Shown in pieces: positions 53,901 to 64,000 of a DNA stretch of 64,000 nt (position 1 is its first letter; every line of letters starts with the position of its first letter). The position numbers and the translations under genes were made by a program. The notes below the pieces were generated by a model. That model was not told where the DNA came from, searched no databases, and was given only the letters and a program-made list of their open reading frames with translations. Source of the stretch: Dipteris shenzhenensis (lineage: Eukaryota); the NCBI GenBank assembly GCA_047967505.1, contig CM106538.1. One strand, 5' to 3'.

Positions 53901-56511
53901 TAAGACTCTTGGTCAACTTAGGCACATGTCTCACATGTTTCAAAATAAATGCAGACCCATTTGCAAAAGAAAACTTTGTCACCTACTCCCACTATGTCAC
54001 ATGCATAGTCATTTCCAAGATGCACACAACCTGTCTTTCCACTGTCATAAGTGGAGAACCATTCCCTATGGGGAGTAACATGGAATGAAGCAGTAGAATC
54101 CAAAATCCAATCCTGGGAATATGCATCATCTAAAGTGGTAAGCAACTCTGTAGATAAACTAGACATGAAGAGAACGTCATTGTCACTATCATGTGTGACT
54201 GCATTGATCTCCTCGATCTTCACTTTTCCTTTGTCCTCCCTTGGACTCTCTTCCTTTTGATTTGCACCCCAATTTGCATTCTTTTTCTTATCCTTTTCCT
54301 CTCTTTTTAGCTTGTAGCAATCCTTTTTCATATGGCCCTTCTTGCCACAGTGGTAACACTCAATGTTCTGTGCCCTGGATTTGCTACGAGACTTCCCTCT
54401 TTCTTGGGACTTCCCCCTAAACTGTGATCTGCCCCTTTGCACATTTAAGGCTCCATCCTGCTTGTTGCCATCCATAGACTTCCGTCTAATCTCCTTGGCC
54501 AACAAGCTACCCATAACATCATCAAATTTTTGTACTCCACTAGGTGCAGAGTTACTGACAGCTGTACGGAAGGTATCCCATGAGGATGGTAATGAACATA
54601 AGAGAAATATTGCCTTAGTCTCCGCATAAAAATTCATCTTCTGAGCCTGAAGCTGGCTGATAATAATATTGAATTCATTCAAGTGAGAAGCAGTGGAGAC
54701 CCCTTCCTTCATCTGCAGCTCAAACAACCTCTTCATGAGGTAAACTTTATTAGAGGCAGTTTCCTTTTCATAAGTGGCACACAGTTTCTTCCACAAATCT
54801 TCCGTAGTCTGCTCATTTACTACTGTGAAATAAACTGACTCTCCAAGATGAAGTCTAATAGTAGATTTTGCTAATGCATCCAACTCATTCCAATCATCCT
54901 CAGACATATTTGCAGGCTTAGCTTTAATCCCTACCAAGGGTTTAATCTGCTTCTTTTGAATAAGCCCATCCCTTATTTGTTCTTTCCACAAAGAAAAGTT
55001 TGTCCCATCAAACTTTTTAATGCTAAAAAACTCCTTTTCAGACATGGAAGAGGATGCCATGATGCAAATGAAGCAAAAATCCCAAATGCTAGTGCCTACA
55101 AGAGAGAATCACACTCAATACCAGGTGCACCTAAATGTGTATGCCACAATAGAGTGAAATATCACCAAAACTCATGTCTCAAAGCATCTGACTCATGTAC
55201 ATATACTATGCATCCATATGAGCAAATCTGGCCCAAAAGAAAATGCCAACTACAATGGCAATCCAAAATGCCAATAAGTGCCAAATGACTCAAGCATAAA
55301 CACCGTCCACTAGCATATGCATTAATAATATCTCATCCAAGAGAGCATAGCACTATCAGTGCATCACCTGCAATGTGTCAAAGCTGTCCCTCAGCATAAA
55401 ATAGCATCCATGTGCAAAGCGTCCATAAAAATAGCATCCCACAAGGCAATTTGGGCCTATCAGTGCATCCAATAAGGACTGCAATGCATCCAAATGGCCT
55501 ATAAATCATCCACTGCAACCCAATGCACACCATGAATGAGCGCACACTACTCAAACTGCAACCAGAGTGATCTGCATAAGGTATGCTCAAGAAATCATAG
55601 TCCCACGGTAATGACCGCTACTGAAAATAGAACCCGAGATGCCTCAAAACATGGGCGCCATTGCATTATCAGACTCAGCAAGAAAATCTACAAATATCTC
55701 TCTTCTGCCGGAACTCCAAAATCCCAACCGATGAGTGAGAAATGGGAGTCAACACTTATCCACTGCCATGTGGCATAAATCTAAGGTTTCAAAACCTTAG
55801 AATGAAAAATGCATAACAGAGAGATGAAATCGAATACACAGAGATCTATAACTCTGAAAATCCTCCACCAAATCGCATAAGAACTAATAGGTAGGGGTTT
55901 TTGGGCATCCGGAATGCAATGGGACAGACGGTTTTGGAAACCGTGGTCTTAATCACTGGGTCTAACACGGACTGAAAAACGTTTTTGGAAACAGAACTAT
56001 TTGTAAACTCCATCGGAGTGCGAATGATGAGCAACATAGAAGTTTTAGGACCTCCTGAGTCCACTAGAACTGACAGATCTGCAAATGGTTGCTCCAAACT
56101 TGAGTTCCAACACCTGGGTAGAAAAATGCAGAAACTGACACGGTGAGTCAGAAATCCAATGAAATGATCCCATATTCAAGAATGAAGGTGTTTCCAAGCT
56201 CCTGAAGTGAAGTGGACACCAAAAGCAAGCAATAGTTGCCTCTACAAGTCAATACGGAGTCTCTGTCATCGAACAGAACAGGGAAAAGCTCAAAAAACGA
56301 CTTTTTCTTTGAAAACACGTAACAGGCTCTCAAAACCACTTCGCAAAACCAAAGTGACTTTTCCAAAGGTTCCTTCAAGGTCTCTACACACTCAGATGCA
56401 AGTAAAGTCACCCACAAAGCTTCCCACAGAGCTTCTCCTTCCTCCCACAGAGCTGCTGAGCTTCAAGCATTCATGCACGCTCAGCTAGATCACCCGGGCT
56501 CTGATACTAGT

Positions 56512-56682
56512 TGAGAGTGCTCTCAACGGAAGCAAGAATGGAAGAGGGAGAGACAGAGACAGAGACCCACACAAGTTTTGGTGGGTGCACAACCACCCAA
56601 ATCTTCTTTTTCATTCATTTATATATGTGTTTGAGTATTGTACATAACTGAGGTAAAGGCACAGTGACCTTTAACCCCCACA
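56512..56682 (-). repeat. 5' LTR of copia A2
   Basis: 171 bp, adjacent to the PBS, followed by TSD TCATG. Confidence 0.95.
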
Positions 56683-57258
56683 TCATGGCTTGAAGACACA
56701 ATATTGATGTGATCCACATCTTCCTTCCATGTGCTCCTCCAATGGGAGGAGGGGAAGGGGCCATGTCATGGGGAAGTCCCTATAGGAGGACTCAGGAGGT
56801 GGTGGAGGAGGAGGGGGAGGAGGTGGAGGAAGGGAAGGAAGGCAAATAAATACATGCTAGATTGGAAAATAGATTCTTGGAAAGATGCAAGTTTGAGCCC
56901 ATACTGTCCTCTAGCTTCTCTTTCTCCAACTCATGTTTGCACAACAAACTCGTGTATATAGAGCACTCACTACAAGTGCATTTGAGGCTATATGGCTCAT
57001 AAGACTATTGTTAGAAACAGATTACTTCGATGAATCAAAGCCAACAACAATATAATGTGATAATCAAAGTACTATTACTAGAAACAAATTATTTTGATGA
57101 ATCAAAGCCAAAAAATATATCCCGTGATAATCAATCGGCTCAAGCATTGGCCAAGAATCCAGTATATCACTCTAGGACAAAGCACATTGATGTAAGAGAG
57201 AAATTAATTAGAGAAAGAGTGTTTGACCCAGAGGAAGGACATTCCCATTTAAGGGGTG

Positions 57259-57622
57259 TGATGGAATGTAATGCTTAGTCCTTCTTCGATTCCCCAGAAT
57301 CATCATCTTGAGGGAAGGCCTACTTCATGATGTTGATCTTGAGGGAAGGTGTTGAGAAACCATGCTCAACATCATGTAATAATACGTGCATAGCACTAAC
57401 CCAATAGAGTGCTATAAAGGAAAGGGTTAGATTCCCTAACCCTAACCCTAAAAGGGTTTGTATATATTCTACATTTTCAACTAAATCTAGTGTACAGTCA
57501 GTCATTTATGGTGTGCTCTCTATCTGTGCCCTCTCTCCTCATCTCCCCTCTTCTCCTCTCCCCTCTTCATATTTTGTCAACCTATTGCTCAAATCAATAG
57601 AATCTCTACATCTAACTATGAC
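57259..57622 (+). repeat. Possible 3' LTR of copia B2
   Basis: Starts TG right after the PPT-like tract and contains tatata, ccctaa and CT-rich segments. The end is uncertain and no partner LTR was found. Confidence 0.35.
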
Positions 57623-58355
57623 ATTGGTCATGATGTTCTCATGGAGTGGAGGGTAGAGTTGGCAAAACATCTAAGTGCAATGATGGTCCCAATGTTCTCA
57701 CTAACTAGGAGGATTTACATGGAATTGTGATTTTGGTCATGATGTTCCCATTGGTATGGAGGATATAGATGGTAGCACATGTAATTGTGAAGAAAAAATA
57801 GTTCAACTACACAATTCAAGAGGCATTGCTAACTGATTATCTTCAATGCACTTGTCTATCAAATGGCCATAAAGCATCAAATAATTCTCAAGAGCACTTA
57901 GCATTTGACTTTAGAGATGAAGATTCTAGAGAAATGGGTCCAATGAGTAATGATCTTACAATAGAGAAATGTAAGACATTAATCTAAAAAAGAAACTATG
58001 TGAATGTCAAGAGGCGACAAATCATGGCACCGATTCCACAACGCAAGAGACATGTAATGTTATTTGAGGAGAACATGGAAAGGACTCTTATACATAAGAA
58101 AACTTGCATTAGAATAGTTATACAGGGGAGGCGTTGGGTCCTAAGGGAGCCCCAAATGTAAAATGTTTGATGAATAAAGTTCACTATTTTGAGTCAATTA
58201 TAGATTCCAAAATTCACAAATTTGTATGGAAACTGCAAAATTGCATGTGTGACACGGCAGGGCGGAGGGGTGAGTGGGTTGGGAGGGAGGCTGGTGAAGA
58301 TTAAGTATTACCAAACTGGCAATAAAAGACTGGGGGGGAAGGAGGTGCACTCAAA

Positions 58356-58414
58356 AAACCCTAATTTAAAAGAAAAACCCTAAAGTGCTTTAAAAAAGAC
58401 TATATAAAGCACTT
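58356..58414 (+). promoter_or_regulatory. Promoter of the H3-like gene: two telo-boxes and a TATA box within a 10-bp inverted repeat
   Basis: AAACCCTAA at 58356 and 58375. TATATAAA at 58401-58408, 32 nt upstream of the ATG. aagtgcttta (58383-58392) pairs with taaagcactt (58405-58414). Confidence 0.65.
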
Positions 58415-58439
58415 CAAGACCCTAAAATCCCTCATTTCT

Positions 58440-59549
58440 ATGGCACGAGTTAAACAAACTGCTAGACCCACTGGACACCGTTTAGACGCTACCCGTTGTC
58501 CTCCTCACAACGCCATGGCCTCCGAACACACTGCAAGCCCCAGTGGCCAAGAGGGCAATGATCACCAAGGATCTGAAGGCAGTTCTCCTCATTAGGAGTC
58601 CAAGCAACGCGAGTCCCCACCATCCGACTCTCATGGGAAATCCTAGGGATCACAGCACCATGAGGAATCCCAACATGATGAAGGATCCAAGCACGATGAG
58701 GGGTCCTCTCAGTCCTTCCATACAACTAATCGTGGAAGTAGAGAGGTCTCCCGAGGGGCAAAATAGTCCACTCAATCCTGATCAACTGCCCCTCCCTCCT
58801 CCATGGGGTCCTGGCATGGAGCAACTAGACCAACAAGTGGAGCAAGAAAGGCAAAGAGAGGAGATGGAGAGATTACAGGGGCCACAACAAGAGGAAGTAT
58901 TTGGTGGGCTCACAGATATAATGAACCTTGGCCCCAATCCTCCAACCAAGCAGACCGCACGCAAGAGCACCATCAGCCCTCTGTGCCTCGAGATGATCAG
59001 ATATGAGGAGCCTCTAGTACGAGCTGAGCAAGAGCCTCAGCTTGCTGTCTCACAGCCTCACAAGGAAAAAAGACCAAGGATAAAGTAGACCCCTAGGCGC
59101 GAGAGGCCACCTTGAATGACCCAGCAGACACAGGAAGAGGAGTCTGAAGAGGTGATTGCAAGGGAGGAGAGGCGAAAGAAGTTCAAAGCAGACAAGCGGC
59201 CACGGAGCCATGTCCAAAGGCCAATGCAGGGTCCCCTAAAGATTAAGAGGCACAAAAAATCAGGAGTGAAGGCACTTCAGGAGATCCGCAAGTTCCAAAC
59301 CACTGTGGACAATCTCAGTCCCCATGCACCCTTCCAGTGTGTTGTAGTGAAATAGCACAACATTACAAGAGTGATGTGTGTTTCACTTCAAGCGCTATGG
59401 GAGCAATTCAGGAGGCAACAAAGCAGATGATAGTAGGTCTTTTTGAAGACGCGAACTTATGTGCTATCCATGCTAAAAGAGTAACAGTGATGGACAAGGA
59501 CCTTGCACTCGCCAAGCGCATCCGCTCTAATCCCTCCTTTAGGCCCTAG
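58440..59549 (+). pseudogene. Histone H3-like pseudogene with a very long N-terminal extension (reconstructed about 369 aa)
   Basis: Begins MARVKQTAR. C-terminal histone fold [88 protein letters not shown] aligns gap-free to H3. Frameshifts near 58715 and 59347, several CAG>TAG/CGA>TGA-type stops, and AATAAA at 59616. Confidence 0.9.
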
Positions 59550-59731
59550 ATGTTGTTTACGTTCATTTGATGTAACCTGAATCATTTTGTAAATCTCTGC
59601 CCTTTGAGGACAATGAATAAAAGATATTTTTATGTTTAATTACTATTCCCATGTTATTATACATGTTATGTGATGCTTTCCATCAGTTTATGCAAGTTCA
59701 GTGTGAATTTGAGTGGTCAAGTGATGTTTTT

Positions 59732-59938
59732 TCACCACGCGACAGAAGGCAAATGTGTTCGACATTACGCGGGGAGCCCAAAAAAGGTAAAGCCCACTAT
59801 GGTGCATATGGGGCCTGTTTGACCAAGATGGGGCATGTTTGACTTGGTCAAACATGCCCCATATGTGCCATAGCAGGCTTTGCCTTTTTTGGGCTCCCCG
59901 CACGATGCCGAACACATTTGCCTTCTGCTGCGTGGTGA
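59732..59938. other. 207-nt inverted repeat (two 96-bp arms) between convergent genes
   Basis: 59732-59827 versus the reverse complement of 59843-59938: 12 mismatches in 96 by manual alignment, mostly transitions. 15-nt loop. Confidence 0.92.
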
Positions 59939-60206
59939 GATTCTTACTGGATTGCTCAGAAATGACCATTATAGCACAAATATATATTTGATCGCATGCT
60001 TTTTGAATAGAATAGTGAATGAAAATATTAATGCCAACAACAATTAAAGTTACAAAATACAATGACAGTATAAAATAAATTTTGTAAAAGAACACAAAAT
60101 GGGGCACTGTATAAAAAGTATAGCTGTATTCATATAAAATAAAATTTCTATACAATAAGGCTTTAGAGCCTTTCTCTCTTCTCTAAAACACTAAGAACAT
60201 TGGGCT

Positions 60207-61680
60207 TTATTTCCCAAATACACTCCTAGCTCTAAACCTAGTCGATAGAGAGTCATTGCTATTGTCGTTGATGGCTAGGGACATGGCTGCTGCTGTCAAT
60301 GCCATACCTTGAAAATTGGTTCCGAAGGCATTGAGGGTAGCCATGCGGTTCACCAAAATGACCTTGTCAGCATTGCGATTGATGTCAGCATGACCAATCA
60401 CTCTTGATAAGGCCTTGCACTTCAAGAGGTCATCAGTGCCATGTGGATAAAGCTTTTTGTGGATAACCACAAAGCGCCCTTTTGCTTGGCCAAGGTAATT
60501 GGCTAGTGAGTGATCTCGGCCGAAGCTACTGCGAACAAGGCGTTGCCGAGATGAGAATAGGTTGACCTCAAATGCCTCCTGCAATAGTCCAACATTACAT
60601 TAGAATTCCATTAAAGCAAAAGTATACCAAGAGAGAAGAAATTCAAAGCTCATAGTTTCTTACCACTATGGAGTCATCATGCTCAATCCCTTCCTCTTTG
60701 TCAATGAGGATGGATCCAGAGGCCTCCTGTTGTCTGGAGTGAGATGTGGAGGCTTCTTCTGGAACATCAAGTAGGTCGGAGTAGATTGATGTCTCTGCAT
60801 CTTTGATTTAGGCCAATGTTAAAGCAAGAACCTCTTCTATTGAATCGTCTGCTCCCACAAACCCAGGTTCTTGCATAGTCATGTCCACCTCGTATCCACA
60901 CAGGATACCAAGAGCTTCATCCTCACGGAGACCAAACATAACCTCTATGTCATGTAGAAAGAGGTATTGTTCTCCATCGACAAGAAGGGGAGCAAGAAAC
61001 CATATCATTGTTGTGGGGTCAACAGAGGTGGTGCCCAAGGTGGATGGAATTTGAGAAGTAGAATGGGGTTTAGGAGGTCGCTGGAGCACTTCCAGGGCCA
61101 ATGCAGCTTCCCGCTCCTCAACTTCTTCATCTATGGGCTCTTCATTGTAGATGTTGGGCTCATCTACATAAATAAGAGGATCGGAAAGGGTAGGGGTAGG
61201 GTCAGGGCTTGAGGTCAAGGCCTCCTCTTCCATTTGTCCCTTCTGGAGAAGGAAAATAAAGGTCATTTCCTAGGATAGGAACCTATTTCTTGTGTTTCCG
61301 ATGACTCCACATGCTAGGAGGTCATCAATGAAAACCTCCCTAAACCCTAGGGGTGTGAGCTAGGCTCGAAGCGATCTAAATGCTTCACGAACCTGGGTTC
61401 TTGATTGAACAAGTACTTCAAATAATCAATTGGGACCCATCTTTTTGTAGACTCATCAAGTCGATATGCAAAAGTCGCGATGTAGTCTTGCATCAACTTG
61501 ATGAGGTCTTCAAATTCATATCGGGCTCCTAAGTAGGTGCCTAGGACATCTATGCTCTTATCAAAGACTAGAAATAACTCCTCCTCTCTATCAATTAATG
61601 GAGTACGAGAGATGAAATCGTGGAAGGCAGACCTAGCTTGGGTAGTTTGGTAGCTAGGAGAACTATGGCTATGATAGTGA
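60207..61680 (-). pseudogene. Decayed gene for an acidic protein of unknown function, one intron
   Basis: Open frame about 61680-61329. ORF 60808-61266 reads through one TAA in frame to ...GIEHDDSIV, then a phase-0 GTAAG...TTGCAG intron (60663-60579) joins in frame to EAFEVNLF... (stop at 60207). TATA-like motif at about 61700-61718. Confidence 0.6.
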
Positions 61681-61873
61681 AACTTTGAAACTAAAGTAAC
61701 TTTATAACCGATATATACCCAAATGTTCTAAATATAAAAAATAAAAAGAATTATAAAATTTTTGGGAAAAACTTGACATTGACATGAAACAAAACCATTC
61801 AAAACATCAAAATTTATTGCACCACTATTAATTGGAAAATGTTAAAATCCACAATTGTTCCACCCCACATTTT

Positions 61874-63150
61874 CTAGACAATCTTTAATATTGCAGGAGG
61901 GATAAAAGTGGCACTATGCACGAGCTTCTCTGCACGCTTTCCTACCTTTTTACCATTTAAGGTAAAGTGAAAGGACTCAGACATGCCATCCTCCATGACC
62001 AATAGGTGTTCCCGCACGTCCCTGAGAGTCCACTGTGACGTGACAGTCACATTCTTAACATCTCCTAAATGAGAACCAATACATAAACTTACCCCTATAT
62101 TATCATCATCGTTAGAGTCAAGGGGAAGCCAATTTTCACCTGTTTTCTTCCAGTGCCTATATTGGAAAGCAAAATATAACATTTGGCAGGAGATGTGGTA
62201 CTTGATAACCACATTGTCCTTACATACATGGCATTGAAACAGATCACCCTTTTGTTCACATGACCTGCTTCCCCAATTCACCCCAAGCAATTCCTCAAGG
62301 GCATTCTCATGTAGGCACTTGCATGACCACATGGTTTTTGTTCTGTGCATCTGGATATTATGAAAACAAGAAGCAAAAATGTGCAAAGGCATAAACCAAG
62401 ACAACCTTACCCATTTAGAGCCAAATGTAAACTTCATGGCCATGCCCACATCCTTTGCAATCTTTTCCTTGTATGATTGCATTGTTCTTGTGTCCACCAT
62501 GCTGCAATCCATGTCTTCAAGTTGTGGTGTTGCAATGCATTGAAGATGGCCATAGCCTGATGCCGTCCTTGGAGTAATGTACTTGGCATTATACCAATAG
62601 ATATTTCTCTATTTCAAAGCAGAGGACTTCTCTCCAGCATGCATTTGCCTTCCTAAATCCTCATGAATGGCAGTAAACTTACCTAAGAAGCACTCGACTG
62701 GTTCCCACTCCTCAAAGTCTGAAGGAAATACATCTGCTATGCACAAGTGCTATTTCAAAATACAATTTCAAACTGACTCATTACACTGGTTCTATTTCAA
62801 AATACAATTTCAAGCTGACTCATTACACTTCAAAATCTTACACAAAATGCAGACTTATAATGTGATGGTATTGTCGATTGATTGCTTGAGGGAGGAAGGC
62901 GCATGTCCTTCCCCATGTAGATGTGTTGCACCTTTGCAAGCAATCCTTTCTTCCCAAGCTTGAACTTCATGATGCGGCCCTTCCATTCATGCAAAAGATC
63001 ACCTCTTTTGCTCTTGGGAAGCTTATGTAGACCCTTGGCAGATCCTCTCATGACTATCCAATCATTCAAGTTGTAGGTGCAAGGCACCCATTCACCTAGT
63101 GCATTTTTGCTCTTGTGGGACACAGAGTACATGTATGGTCTCCTCACCAT
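61874..63150 (-). pseudogene. Decayed two-exon gene: putative BAH domain plus ubiquitin-like C-terminal domain (about 383 aa)
   Basis: Exon 63150-62859 (YNLNDWIVMRG...EWKGRIMKFK...AKVQHIYMGKDM). Intron 62858-62734 with donor ATAAGT (GT>AT) and acceptor CAG. Exon 62733-61874 (YVFPSDFEEWEPVECFLGKFTAIH...IYWYNAKY, one in-frame TAG at 62609-62611) is in frame with ORF 61874-62512. Domain calls are by motif recognition. Confidence 0.6.
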
Positions 63151-63280
63151 GCTTATACAGAGGTCATTACAGCAATAGTGGACTAGAAAGTGTAGCTTAG
63201 AGGGAGAGAGAAGCTCTGATAGAGGGAGAGAGAGGGAAAAGGTATAGAGGGTGCAACTGAAGCTTGAGAGAAGCTCCAAG

Positions 63281-63485
63281 AGGTGCTGTAGCTAGGAATG
63301 GAGGGAGAAAGAGTAGAGGGGGATGAGCAGCTGCTCCAGGAGGTGTTGTAGCTAGGAATTGAGGGAGAAAGAGCAGAGGGGGATGAAAAGCCAGTACAGG
63401 AGGTACTATAGCTAAGAATGGAGAAAGAAAGAGCAGAGGGGGATGATCAGCTGCTGCTATAGGAGGTGCTGTAGCTAGGAGTGGA
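63281..63485. repeat. 60-bp minisatellite, about 3.4 copies
   Basis: aggtg.tgtagctaggaat.gagggagaaagag.agagggggatga recurs at about 63281, 63341, 63401 and 63464. Confidence 0.85.
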
Positions 63486-64000
63486 GAGAGAATGATCAAC
63501 TACTACAAGAGGTGCTGGAGAGGGAGAAACACAGTGGACCAGAGCAGGAGGGGGTAGAGAAGATGCCAAATGTGTTCCCACATTTGAAAAATGGATGGAG
63601 AATGGAGTTGGATCAGAGAAGAGGAGGGGGCAGGCCTGTAACAAGCTGAGAGGAGGGAAAATTTCACCCAGAAGGGCCCACCGCCTCTTGAATGACTTGT
63701 AGGTTTTTTTGGGGGAGGTGCATATGGGAGAATGGTCAAGCATGGGTTGAGGGGGGGGGGATGGTTTGAGTGGTCCCCGGTGTAAGAGGAGTAGCCAATA
63801 GGGACTGTTTGTAGGTCTGCCCACCCTCCACCTCAACATGGCATTGCCCGACAAAAAGGAGCACTCCCATTGGTACACCTCAAATACATCACTAATCCCT
63901 TGAAATTAGGAAACACTAATTGGGGGCCCTTTGGAGACCCCAATTCTCCCCTAATGGATTTTTTTTAATGTGAAGGAAACAGATTGTAAATTTGGCCGTG

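Larger units (their letters stand above)
50793..56682 (-). mobile_element. Structurally complete Ty1/copia LTR retrotransposon (Tnt1/Tork-like, family A copy 2), 5890 bp, coding region disrupted
   Basis: Two 171-bp LTRs, TSD TCATG (50788-50792 and 56683-56687), PBS TAGTATCAGAGC (about 56498-56509) and PPT AAGTGGGAGGT (50964-50974). gag/PR 53918-55060, IN 52627-53823, RT 51539-52636 (YVDDML), RNase H 51017-51494, with frameshifts between them. Confidence 0.97.
50736..56956. mobile_element. About 330-bp solo-LTR-like insert in copia B2 RNase H (50736-50792 plus 56683-56956), itself split by copia A2
   Basis: The RNase H sequence (compared with 5730-5790) breaks at about 50735 and resumes at about 56957. 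The intervening non-A2 sequence starts TG. End and TSD are imperfect. Confidence 0.5.
45742..57256 (+). mobile_element. Decayed Ty1/copia element (family B copy 2) carrying nested insertions
   Basis: gag AKLDNSNYGTWKYRME (45742+), protease WYIDIGASSHMT (about 46927), integrase FIDDYSRYCWVYF/RSDRGGEY (48596-48829), RT QVDVKNHFLNG/LYVDDL (49872-50270), RNase H GYCDSDYA (50354-50659) resuming at 56957 to HSRTKHID. PPT-like ttaaggggtg at about 57249-57258. Confidence 0.9.

Noticed and set aside
52209-55288. Plus-strand ORFs within copia A2 (and equivalents in A1)
   Set aside because: They are antisense shadows of gag-pol with no recognisable motifs.
57623-58180. Possible additional plus-strand gene remnant upstream of the H3-like gene
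   Set aside because: It has an AATAAA near 58173, but all frames are broken and no motif is recognisable. It cannot be supported.
58440-59549. Functional CENH3 or canonical H3 gene
   Set aside because: Frameshifts and stops are present. Loop 1 is not extended and there are no introns in the fold (unlike plant CENH3). The tail is far longer than, and the fold too divergent from, canonical H3.

Overview
Eukaryotic land-plant DNA. The (GA)n/(CA)n-rich, TE-dense character suggests a fern, but that is inference only. There is one intact host gene: a 16-exon STRUBBELIG-RECEPTOR-FAMILY-type LRR receptor-like kinase (17903-30082, +, about 718 aa) whose 8-kb intron 10 holds copia and LINE debris. Most of the rest is nested, decayed Ty1/copia retrotransposons, local tandem duplications and a degenerate telomere-like array. 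One copia is structurally complete (50793-56682, 171-bp LTRs, TSD TCATG). The most unusual region is about 58.3-63.5 kb, a compact cluster of three decayed genes. The first is a histone H3-like gene with an N-terminal extension of about 260 aa carrying three copies of the H3 tail motif (ARxKQTAR). The second is an acidic protein of unknown function, convergent with the H3-like gene and separated from it by a 207-nt near-perfect hairpin. The third is a spliced gene encoding a probable BAH (histone-reader) domain plus a ubiquitin-like C-terminus. This looks like the chromatin-manipulating cargo of a large mobile element or endogenous virus. No transposase or element ends are visible in the window.
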